Assembly (NCBI GenBank): GCA_046293845.1
Contig: JBKBIX010000001.1
Coordinates: forward strand, 1-61,359
DNA: 61,359 nt
Direction: 5' to 3'
Origin: Candidatus Bipolaricaulia bacterium
GTDB taxonomy: Bacteria > Bipolaricaulota > Bipolaricaulia > RBG-16-55-9 > DRXL01
Positions 22,567 to 31,256 of the stretch are shown here, in pieces; position 1 is the stretch's first letter, and each line of letters starts with the position of its first letter. A program made the translations under genes and the position numbers. A model generated the notes under the pieces. That model had not been told where the DNA came from. It saw only the letters and a list, made by a program, of their open reading frames with translations, and searched no databases.

Positions 22567-23886
22567 ATGACAGCACTGATACGCTTAGGGCGCTGGCTCC
22601 ATCCGGGGATCGGCGTCAAGCGATGGTTGGCACTTGTGATTGTCTCGCTCGGTCTGTTCATCTTGGGGCTTTTTATACTGTTGGGGCAGAATCTTGTGCG
22701 GACGGTGTATAATATCTTTGCGCCGTCGGCGCTCTCGACACTCGTTTTAGCGTTGGGCTTGATTGTGCTTGGAGCGGCAGGTGTGCTTGTGGGGGTGCAG
22801 CGGATCAGTCGCTCGATTGTGCGGGCCATCGCCGCGCCGGCCGAAGGGCGCATGGGCGAGATCCTCTTCGAAAAGAAGCTCTTAAGCCGTGGGCCGCGCA
22901 TCGTCGCTATCGGCGGCGGTACGGGGTTGTCTTCGCTGCTGCGCGGGCTGAAACAGCTCACGGCTAACGTCACCGCTGTCGTCACAGTCATGGACGACGG
23001 TGGCAGCTCAGGACGGCTCCGCCAAGAGTTGCATATCTTACCCCCGGGAGATATTCGGAACTGTCTCATCGCGCTTGCTGAAGACGAGTCTCAGATCTCC
23101 CAGCTCTTTAACCATCGCTTTCAAGGGGGGACTCTGCAAGGACATTCTTTAGGAAACCTTGTGATTGCGGGGCTCCAAGAGATGACGGGCAGCTTTGATC
23201 GTGCTATCGAAGAGATGAGCACGCTGCTCAACACGCGCGGGCAGGTCCTGCCGGCGACGCTGGAGCATGCAGAGCTCGTCGCGGAACTTGAGGATGGTCG
23301 GATCGTGCACGGGGAGAGTCGTATCCCCAAGGCGGGCGGACGGGTTCGCCGGATGAGGCTCTCGCGGTCGGATGTGCCCGCTTACCCCAAAGCTCTAGAA
23401 GAGATTCAGCACGCTGATCTCATCATCCTCGGGCCGGGCAGTCTCTTCACAAGCGTTATTCCCAACTTGCTCGTCGAGGGGATTCGCGAAGCGATTGAAC
23501 GCTCTCCCGCGAAAAAATTCTATATTATGAACCTCATGACCCAGCCTGGCGAGACCACAGGGTTTACTGCCAAGGACCATCTCAAAGCGTTGGGCGAATA
23601 TCTCGATGTGCGGTCCTTGGATTTTGTCGTGTTGAACAGGCAGCCGGTGCCCAAGGAGCTCCTCGCCCAGTATGCCCAAGAGGACTCTATCCCCGTAGCT
23701 GATGATTTGACCGAGCCGAATGAGTGGGGTATTAAAGTTATTCGTGCGGATCTGTTGGAGATCATGACGCTGCCGCGCTGGCCGTCCGATGCCCAAGCGC
23801 CGACGGTCAAGCACAATCCGAGAGGACTTGCTCGAGTGATCGCCAAGAGCGTGCCCGATCTCTTTCAATCGTGGCTGCGTTGGTGA
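22567..23886 (+). CDS. yvcK: YvcK/CofD-family (UPF0052) gluconeogenesis-factor-like protein with an N-terminal membrane anchor
   Basis: IVAIGGGTGLSSLLRGLK and VTVMDDGGSSGRLR motifs, preceded by about 90 aa of TM segments. Confidence 0.8.
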   Translation: MTALIRLGRWLHPGIGVKRWLALVIVSLGLFILGLFILLGQNLVRTVYNIFAPSALSTLVLALGLIVLGAAGVLVGVQRISRSIVRAIAAPAEGRMGEILFEKKLLSRGPRIVAIGGGTGLSSLLRGLKQLTANVTAVVTVMDDGGSSGRLRQELHILPPGDIRNCLIALAEDESQISQLFNHRFQGGTLQGHSLGNLVIAGLQEMTGSFDRAIEEMSTLLNTRGQVLPATLEHAELVAELEDGRIVHGESRIPKAGGRVRRMRLSRSDVPAYPKALEEIQHADLIILGPGSLFTSVIPNLLVEGIREAIERSPAKKFYIMNLMTQPGETTGFTAKDHLKALGEYLDVRSLDFVVLNRQPVPKELLAQYAQEDSIPVADDLTEPNEWGIKVIRADLLEIMTLPRWPSDAQAPTVKHNPRGLARVIAKSVPDLFQSWLRW

Positions 23887-23913
23887 ATATGAAAACTCGA
23901 GAGGAGGAGAGCT

Positions 23914-25074
23914 ATGAGACGCTATCGGTTGCGCATTCCTGGACCGATTGATCTTGAGCCCGAAGTCTTATCGTTCATGAGCGCGCCGCTCATTGCCCAC
24001 TACGGGCGTGACTGGGTCGAACTCTACAATGAAACAGTAACGCTGTTGAAGCAAGTCTGGCAGACAAAAGAAGCGAGCGTCTTTCTCATGCCGGGGCCGG
24101 GGAGCGTCGGCATGGAAGCCGCGATTGCGAGCCTGTCCGGCGATACCCATAAGCTGCTCGTGTTGACCAACGGGTTCTTTGGAGATCGCTGGGTGACGAT
24201 AGCACGGGCGTATTCGTCGCGAGTCTTGGTGTTAGAAGGGGAGTGGGGCCGGGCTTTTGACACGGACGCAGTCGAACAGACCCTCAAGCGCGACAGAGAT
24301 ATTCGCGTTGTCATTATGGTGCACGGCGAGACATCTACAGGGGTGCTCAACCCTGTGAAGGAGCTTGGGGCGATCTGCGACAAGTATGGGGCGGTGCTCG
24401 TCTGCGACATGGTGGCGACCCTTGGAGGAACAGAGATCGCGTTTGACGACTGGCGCATTGGGATTGGGGTGAGTGCCACCCAGAAGGGCCTCGAATGTCC
24501 TCCGGGTCTGGTCCCAGTCGCTGTGAGCCCTCACGCGTGGGCGCTGATCGAGCGCAGCAAGGGGCCGGGATGGTTTGTGAATTTGCGCACCTGGCAGCAA
24601 TTCGCGCGCGAATGGGCCGACTGGCACCCTCATCCGGTCACGATGCCCACAGGCTTGACCCAAGCCTTGCGCTTCAGCCTCAAAAATATCTTAGACGAAG
24701 GGCTTTCGCACCGCTGGGCGCGACATTGGGAGATCGCTACTTTAGTGCGATCTGCTCTGAAGAATCTCGGGTTTGAGCTCTTTGTCTCTGACGACCGTGA
24801 AGCGATGAACACGGTCACAGCAGCCAAAGGCCATCCGCAGCTCCCCGCGGTCGCGTTGATGCGTGCCTTGAAAGAGAAGCATCAGATTCTCATCGGCGGC
24901 GGGCTGGAGAGATTGGCAGGGCAGATCTTTCGCATCGGACACATGGGGCCAACGGCAACCCGTGACGCCATGGTGCCAACGCTGCTTGCTATCGAAGACG
25001 TCCTGCGGTCTTCGGGTGTAGCCGTCGAGCCGGGGCAGAGCCTACGGGGTCAGCACCTTGCGCAGACCCGCTAG
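23914..25074 (+). CDS. Class V aminotransferase (alanine-glyoxylate / serine-pyruvate type)
   Basis: 386 aa with PLP-fold motifs, including SATQKGL (Schiff-base Lys context). Confidence 0.8.
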   Translation: MRRYRLRIPGPIDLEPEVLSFMSAPLIAHYGRDWVELYNETVTLLKQVWQTKEASVFLMPGPGSVGMEAAIASLSGDTHKLLVLTNGFFGDRWVTIARAYSSRVLVLEGEWGRAFDTDAVEQTLKRDRDIRVVIMVHGETSTGVLNPVKELGAICDKYGAVLVCDMVATLGGTEIAFDDWRIGIGVSATQKGLECPPGLVPVAVSPHAWALIERSKGPGWFVNLRTWQQFAREWADWHPHPVTMPTGLTQALRFSLKNILDEGLSHRWARHWEIATLVRSALKNLGFELFVSDDREAMNTVTAAKGHPQLPAVALMRALKEKHQILIGGGLERLAGQIFRIGHMGPTATRDAMVPTLLAIEDVLRSSGVAVEPGQSLRGQHLAQTR

Positions 25075-26135
25075 GGAACAGTGACGATGGCCTCTTTTAT
25101 GTTGTTGTCCTCGTTACACTCAGCTATGTGATTCTTGTCGTCCACGACGGTCGTCAGAATATAACTTCCCGCTGTGATCAGATATGTGGTACTTGCTTGT
25201 TCGCCTGCCCCTGGGGCCAAGGGGGATGTCCTCGCTTCGCCAATGAGTTGCCCGTTCAGATAGAACGCCGTCGTTGACGGCACAGGCGCGGTGGCGGTGC
25301 CAATGTTCTCTACATAGACGCGGGGTTTGAGCAACCATGTGTAGGGGGAGATCTGAGAAGTTTCAGCGTAGAGATGACGAATAGTCAGGTCGGGGCAGCC
25401 CGTTGGGGTCGTGGCCACAACATAGATCGCGTGGGCAAGAACTCGTGACGCGCGACAGCGTAGCTTGATAAGCGTTGGATCGGCGCTGGGGGGAGACAAG
25501 AGCTGAGCGCCTTCGATCTCCCAGCGCGCGAAGCGATATCCCTTGCCCTCTCCAGAGACTTGAGCGCTGGCTTGCAACAAGACGTCGGTGAGGGTGTCGA
25601 AGCTGCGCACGAAGGGCGTAGCGCCGCCCCCGTCACCCAGTATATCGAAAGGACGCACATCAACGAACGTCCCGTGGAGGTACTCCCCTAAGCTCTCTTG
25701 AGCATCGATAGCAATATCGCAAAAATCTGCTGGCTGGGAACGATACACAGCTTGCACGCGCGCGTTTGCTGTGAAGGGAACCTGCCCGGCGCGCAGGCGC
25801 AATTGCTGTGGGGCTTTTGAATAGGGTTCGCCATTAAAATCCCAACGGTCGAAGTAATGGAGCATTTGCTGGGCACCACAGTTGTCGAGCTGTCTATAGA
25901 CGGCTTGTAGGATGACTACATCGCCGAGGGAAACCGAAAGAGTGACCGGACGGCCGGAGTAAATGCGCCCATTGATTAACAAGACGGCGTTCTCACACGT
26001 TGCGCTGATCTCTAATTCTAGTTTTGCTTGGCCTGGCACTGTGAAGGCGTGTCCGCTCCAAAGCACCAACCCTATAAGAAGACCCCATTTGGCCGATCCA
26101 CCTACCCTTTGGACAGGGTTCATCATTGACATCAC
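25071..26135 (-). CDS. Secreted hypothetical protein with C-terminal CARDB-like domain
   Basis: Signal-like N-terminus. The C-terminus CPDLTI...VENIGTATAP...ECNEDNN resembles a CARDB fold. Confidence 0.5.
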   Translation of the reverse strand: MMSMMNPVQRVGGSAKWGLLIGLVLWSGHAFTVPGQAKLELEISATCENAVLLINGRIYSGRPVTLSVSLGDVVILQAVYRQLDNCGAQQMLHYFDRWDFNGEPYSKAPQQLRLRAGQVPFTANARVQAVYRSQPADFCDIAIDAQESLGEYLHGTFVDVRPFDILGDGGGATPFVRSFDTLTDVLLQASAQVSGEGKGYRFARWEIEGAQLLSPPSADPTLIKLRCRASRVLAHAIYVVATTPTGCPDLTIRHLYAETSQISPYTWLLKPRVYVENIGTATAPVPSTTAFYLNGQLIGEARTSPLAPGAGEQASTTYLITAGSYILTTVVDDKNHIAECNEDNNIKEAIVTVP

Positions 26136-26179
26136 CCCTCTTCACGGTGTTGCTATTATAACGCATAAAGGCGAGAAAG

Positions 26180-26602
26180 TTAAATATCCAGCACGCACTC
26201 GATTTGGACTCTCTCGGGCTGCTGGAGCACGCGCAGATTATTATACGTCACGGCCTTGACGTCTATGCGCGGATCATGTCGTGAGCGATCCAAGGGTTCG
26301 CCAGCAATCTCGCCTGTCAGCGCAACCCCCTGCTCGTGAGGAGTAACCGCGATGCGAAACTCCGAAAAGACACACCCCGTGCGGTCACGCTCCAATATTA
26401 ATCTATTGAGCCAGTCGGCTAAGAGCAGCTCGAGCGACTCTGCGCTCAGCCCGACAGAGATAGTGCGCTGTGGGCGCACAGATTTTGTATTGACCATCAA
26501 TTCGAAGAGGGCGCGGGCGGCTTCGCTAAACGCTTCTGACAGGCTCTTCCCCCACGCGCGAATCCCGACTTCTGCCGTGACCTCAAAGTACTCGAACGGC
26601 AT
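26180..26602 (-). CDS. Archease
   Basis: Begins MPFEYFEVTAEVGIRAWGKSLSEAFSEAARAL and has an archease-like C-terminus; 140 aa. Confidence 0.8.
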   Translation of the reverse strand: MPFEYFEVTAEVGIRAWGKSLSEAFSEAARALFELMVNTKSVRPQRTISVGLSAESLELLLADWLNRLILERDRTGCVFSEFRIAVTPHEQGVALTGEIAGEPLDRSRHDPRIDVKAVTYNNLRVLQQPERVQIECVLDI

Positions 26603-27158
26603 TTTGCAACTCCCACGTCGCCACGGGAGTATAGATCGCCCCGCTCGGCGATAAGCGGCTCTCCATCAGCGTCAGATGCGTGATCGGTGCTCGGCACGCA
26701 AACGGAGCGATCCGCGAGATGATCGTCACGAACTGCCCCAGGTGCGCTGTATGCTCGGCCTTGACCCGCCCGACGGTCACGTGCGGCGCGAAGTGCCGCT
26801 CCGCTTCAAAGCCCATCTTCGTCAGCTCTCTCTCTAAATATGCGTGGAGATCGAGGAGAGCTTGAGGTGCTTGCTGGGAGCCAATCCACAGGACTCGTGG
26901 GCGGCGCGTATCGGGGAACGCTCCCACCCTGTCAAACGTGATCTCAGACTTTGGAAACCTTTCGGCGACCTGCGCTCCGAGGGCCTTGAGCGCTTCGACT
27001 TGTGAGGACTCAACCTCCCCGAGGAACTTTACAGTGATGTGGAAATTCTCCGGGCGCACCCAGCTCACACGGGCTTCTGCTTTGCGTAAGGGCTGCGCAA
27101 TGCGATCGAGCTCGGCGCGCACCGCGTGAGGAAGTTCAAAGCAATAAAAGAGGCGCAT
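26583..27158 (-). CDS. thpR: RNA 2',3'-cyclic phosphodiesterase (2H phosphoesterase, ThpR/LigT)
   Basis: Two HxT/S motifs (HITVKF and HVTVGR); 191 aa. Overlaps the archease start by 20 nt. Confidence 0.8.
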   Translation of the reverse strand: MRLFYCFELPHAVRAELDRIAQPLRKAEARVSWVRPENFHITVKFLGEVESSQVEALKALGAQVAERFPKSEITFDRVGAFPDTRRPRVLWIGSQQAPQALLDLHAYLERELTKMGFEAERHFAPHVTVGRVKAEHTAHLGQFVTIISRIAPFACRAPITHLTLMESRLSPSGAIYTPVATWELQNAVRVL

Positions 27159-27163
27159 GAGCG

Positions 27164-27625
27164 TTAGAGCAGCAACTCAGCTGCAGGCCCCTCGACGAGA
27201 TTCTCACAGTAGTGACACCGCATGACCAGAGGGCCTCGACTCTCTACCGTCAGGTAGGGGACGACTCGCTCAGTGCTGTTCGTGATGCAATTGCGATTGG
27301 GGCAGCGAATAATGCCGATCAACTCTTCTGGAAGCTCCACGTGAATTTTCTCCGTAACTTTCATGTCTTTGATGATATTGACTGTCGCTTGGGGAGCGAC
27401 GATGGCGATCTTTTTCACGGTCTCGGCTTCCAAGGCGCGATTCTCCACTTTGACCATATCTTTCAAGCCCAAGCGATTGCTCCGGACGTTCATCGCCACG
27501 ATAACCGTATCAGAACAACCGCGCTCGATCCCTAAGATCTTCAAGACCGCTGGAGCCATCCCCGCGGTGATGTGATCAATCACGGTGCCGTTCTTGATTT
27601 TTGAGACTTTCAGTTCTCCGTTCAT
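27164..27625 (-). CDS. pyrI: Aspartate carbamoyltransferase regulatory subunit
   Basis: KVSKIKNGTVIDHI, and a C-terminal zinc cluster CPNRNC...CHYC. Confidence 0.9.
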   Translation of the reverse strand: MNGELKVSKIKNGTVIDHITAGMAPAVLKILGIERGCSDTVIVAMNVRSNRLGLKDMVKVENRALEAETVKKIAIVAPQATVNIIKDMKVTEKIHVELPEELIGIIRCPNRNCITNSTERVVPYLTVESRGPLVMRCHYCENLVEGPAAELLL

Positions 27626-27630
27626 AGCCG

Positions 27631-28560
<930 letters not shown>

Positions 28561-28626
28561 CTATCTCTAAGGCTTTATTATAACTATGTCAACGGAGCAG
28601 GGCAAATCGGCACGATCGGTAACGTC

Positions 28627-28645
28627 CCCACTACCATCGGCGCGG
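28627..28645. repeat. 19-bp direct repeat, left copy (CCCACTACCATCGGCGCGG), identical to a segment of the 5S rRNA gene
   Basis: Exact match to 29427-29445. The sequence flanking this copy has no 5S similarity. Confidence 0.8.
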
Positions 28646-28657
28646 TGTCTCTAGCAC

Positions 28658-28686
28658 TTGATCACGTGCATATGATCGTGTATAAA
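28658..28686 (+). promoter_or_regulatory. Putative promoter/operator of the toxin-antitoxin cassette
   Basis: TTGATC-17-TATAAA. The spacer holds the repeats TGATCACGTG / TGATCGTG and the CACGTG palindrome, which could be an RHH operator. Confidence 0.4.
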
Positions 28687-28724
28687 TGAATTCACTACAT
28701 ATTGATAAAGAGAAGGAGGGTGCT

Positions 28725-28973
28725 ATGGCATCCCGAATTGTCAATATGACCGTTCCTGAAGAGCTTTTGAAGGAGGTGGACGCAGTCGCCCGGGCAGAAG
28801 GCCGAACGCGCTCCGAACTGTTTCGCGAAGCCGTCCGCCGCTATGTGCAAGAACGGTGCACGAAGGATGCTTCTCGATTGCTCTTGCGCCTAGCAGCTCT
28901 TGCAGTACAGGGGCCTAATATATCAGCATCGGATTTGGATCGCGTTCTCTATGGGCGGGGGCGCACGAGATGA
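28725..28973 (+). CDS. CopG/RHH-family antitoxin
   Basis: GAAGGAGGG RBS before ATG 28725. The N-terminal ribbon-helix-helix pattern is IVNMTVPEELLKEVDAVARAEGRTRSELFREAVRRYV. There is a 4-nt overlap with the toxin ORF. Confidence 0.75.
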   Translation: MASRIVNMTVPEELLKEVDAVARAEGRTRSELFREAVRRYVQERCTKDASRLLLRLAALAVQGPNISASDLDRVLYGRGRTR

Positions 28974-29363
28974 GCTATGCGGTCTTGGTGGATACCAGCG
29001 CGTTTCATGCGTTGCAGAACGCCGGGGATGCGCGTGAGCATGAACCTGCTAAGGCCATAGCGAAGCAATTACAAGCCGAGGGAGCCACACTGGTCACCAC
29101 GGACTACATCCTAGATGAGACGTATACTCTCTTGCGTTCCATCTTGGGGCACAAAGCGGCTGTGGCATTTGGGCGGGAGATCCAGCGTGGCGGGATCGAG
29201 ATCGTACAAGTTGACCCGTCCATACGATATTTTTGAAAGATATGCCGATAAAGACTTTTCGTTCACAGACTGTACAAGCTTTGCGGTGATGGAGCGCGGG
29301 AAGATCAAAGTCGCTTTCACATTTGACCGCCACTTCCAGCAATACGGGCTAAAGACTTTGCCA
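28970..29363 (+). pseudogene. vapC: PIN-domain (VapC-like) toxin, disrupted by a +1 frameshift near 29222
   Basis: The N-terminal part is MSYAVLVDTSAF...TTDYILDETYTLL, in the frame that stops at 29236. The C-terminal PIN motifs DIFERYADKDFSFTDCTSFAVMERGKIKVAFTFDRHF continue in the +1 frame. That frame has no stop until 29594, inside the rDNA. Confidence 0.65.
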
Positions 29364-29390
29364 ACACAGTTGAGGAGGAAAAGAAAAGAA

Positions 29391-29509
29391 CCCAGGCAGC
29401 GACCTACTCTTGCGGGCCCTCACGAGCCCACTACCATCGGCGCGGGCGGGCTTAACGGCCGTGTTCGGGATGGGAACGGGTGTTTCCCCGCCGCTATTGG
29501 GCCACCTGG
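29391..29509 (-). rRNA. rrf: 5S ribosomal RNA
   Basis: The reverse complement reads CCAGGTGGCC..CCCGTTCCCATCCCGAACACGGCCGTTAAGCC..GCGCCGATGGTAGTGGG..GCTGCCTGGG, with canonical 5S motifs and a terminal helix. Confidence 0.9.
29427..29445. repeat. 19-bp direct repeat, right copy (inside the 5S rRNA gene)
   Basis: Identical to 28627-28645, exactly 800 bp away. Confidence 0.8.
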
Positions 29510-29516
29510 AATCTCT

Positions 29517-29571
29517 TGTAGGGGCACCCCTCTGTGGGTGCCCTGGGCAGACACAGGGGTCTGCCCCTACA
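29517..29571. repeat. Compound palindrome in the 23S-5S spacer
   Basis: The outer arms TGTAGGGGCA and TGCCCCTACA enclose two small hairpins, GGGCACCC..GGGTGCCC and GGGCAGAC..GTCTGCCC. Confidence 0.6.
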
Positions 29572-29586
29572 ATCTTTCGATCCCTC

Positions 29587-29603
29587 AAAAGTGAATAGAG
29601 TGC
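29587..29603 (-). other. 3' half of the pre-23S processing stem
   Basis: AAAAGTGAATAGAGTGC is the exact reverse complement of 33376-33392. This is an RNase III-type stem flanking the mature 23S. Confidence 0.6.
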
Positions 29604-30030
29604 GTCGCGCAAACGACGGAGCGATTAGGACCGCTCGGCTGAGCGCATTGCTGCGCGTACACCTGCGGCCTATCAACCTGGTGTTCTCCCAGGGCTCTCA
29701 GAGGCCTCATCTTGGGGTGGGCTTCACGCTTAGATGCCTTCAGCGTTTATCCCGTCCGGACCTAGCTACCCAGCGGTGCCCTTGGCAGGACAGCTGGTAC
29801 ACCAGAGGTCCAGCCCTCCCGGTCCTCTCGTACTAGGGAGAGCGCCCCTCAAGCCTCTTGCGCTCGCGGCGGATATGGACCGACCTGTCTTGCGACGGTC
29901 TGAACCCAGCTCACGTAACTCTTTAACCGGCGAACAGACGGACCCTTGGGACCTGCTTCAGCCCCAGGATGAGTTGAGCCGACATCGAGGTGCCGAACAC
30001 CGCCGTCGATGTGTACTCTCGGGCGGTACT

Positions 30031-30061
<31 letters not shown>

Positions 30062-30556
30062 ATGATCGATGGCCCTTCCACACAGAGCCACCGGGTCACT
30101 TGGGCCTGCTTTCGCACCTGTTCCCCCTGTCGGGGTCACAGTCAAGCCGGCTTGTGCCCATGCACTCCCCGCCGGATCGCCAACCCGGCTGAGCCGACCT
30201 TTGCGCGCCTCCGTTACTCTTTGGGAGGCAACCGCCCCAGTTAAACTGTCCACCTAGCACGGTCCCCCGGCTGCTGTACAGCCGTAGGTTAGAGTCGCAA
30301 CGCTCGAAGGGTGGTATTTCAAGGACGCCTCCATCCCCGCTAGCGCGGAGACTTCTCCGGCTCCCACCTATCCTACACAACAAGCGTCGAGACCCAATGC
30401 CAAGTTCCAGTAAAGCTCCACGGGGTCTTTCCGTCCTGCCGCGAGTCACCGGCGTTTTCACCGGTGCTTCAATTTCACCGAGCCCATGGTCAAGACAGCG
30501 CTGGGATAGTTATACCATTCATGCGCGTCGGAACTTACCCGACAAGGAATTTCGCT

Positions 30557-31256
30557 CAGGCTGTTACTTTGGTGACCTTGCTGTTAGGCAAGGCGGTCTG
30601 ACGCGAGTCAGACTCTGCACGTCGCCGTGCAGCTCGGACTGTATCTTCGTCTTCTGAGTAGATTGTCTCTATTCAGAAGAGCCCGGCGTACAGTCTCTGA
30701 GGATGCTGAAGATCTCCGACTGTTCATCTGCTGAATGATCTGCCTGATCTCTGCTAGTCCTTCGTTCGTGAGATGCTTTCGCTCTTTCATGAGCTCCAGC
30801 ACTTGGACGAATTTCCCGAATTCTTCAGCTTTAGCTGTTCGCAGCTTGTTATGCTGGAAGAATGGAACTATTTTTGTCTGTAAATCTTCCAACGAACGGA
30901 CGCAGTAGCGATACAAGTTTTCCGTGTGATTGTCGTATCGCCGATTGACGTAGATGCGTCCGCAGCCGAAGAACTCTTGTAGGACTCGCAGAGCCTGTAG
31001 GCTGCGCTCTCCTTGAGTTACGACGAACTCAGGGAAAACTTGCCATCCACTGCTCGTCGACGGATTCTTAAGAATGCTTACAGAAAAGCATCCTTCACCA
31101 TCGACGAACCCAGTGATCCAGCCCTCGATCTTCAGCCTTTCCTGCTGGTTGTCTGCACCCATCGCATTTTCACCTTCGTAATTGTAGCTGAAGGTAGCGT
31201 GGGATACTAACCAGAGTTTCCAGCATATAGCCGGGTTTTACTAAGGCTTGCGTAAA
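30557..31256 (-). mobile_element. Group I intron in 23S rRNA (E. coli ~1931 site) carrying a homing-endonuclease ORF
   Basis: The flanking exons join to CCGTCCTAAGGT|AGCGAAATTCCTTGTCGGGTAAGTTCCGAC, matching the universal sequence. The intron segment GCCTTAG can pair with exon CTAAGGT, with a G-U at the splice site. The intron ends in G. Confidence 0.8.
30608..31162 (-). CDS. Single-motif LAGLIDADG homing endonuclease (I-CreI/I-CpaI-like), intron-encoded
   Basis: 184 aa with the motif WITGFVDGEGCFSV. The AAGGTGA RBS lies 7 nt before the ATG. GC content is lower than in the flanking rDNA. Confidence 0.85.
   Translation of the reverse strand: MGADNQQERLKIEGWITGFVDGEGCFSVSILKNPSTSSGWQVFPEFVVTQGERSLQALRVLQEFFGCGRIYVNRRYDNHTENLYRYCVRSLEDLQTKIVPFFQHNKLRTAKAEEFGKFVQVLELMKERKHLTNEGLAEIRQIIQQMNSRRSSASSETVRRALLNRDNLLRRRRYSPSCTATCRV

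Noticed and set aside
28591-28626. tRNA-island-style model in which an integrating element regenerated the 5S 3' end, leaving the original 3' end beside the left 19-bp repeat
   Set aside because: The sequence adjacent to the left repeat (reverse complement GACGTTACCGATCGTGCCGATTTGCCC..) has no similarity to the 5S 3' segment CTCGTGAGGGCCCGCAAGAGTAGG. No integrase is present either.
29364-29594. Continuation of the 159-aa ORF (29115-29594) past the PIN-domain homology
   Set aside because: This part is the antisense of the 5S rRNA gene and the spacer palindrome. It has no protein-like features and is open only because a stop happens to be missing.
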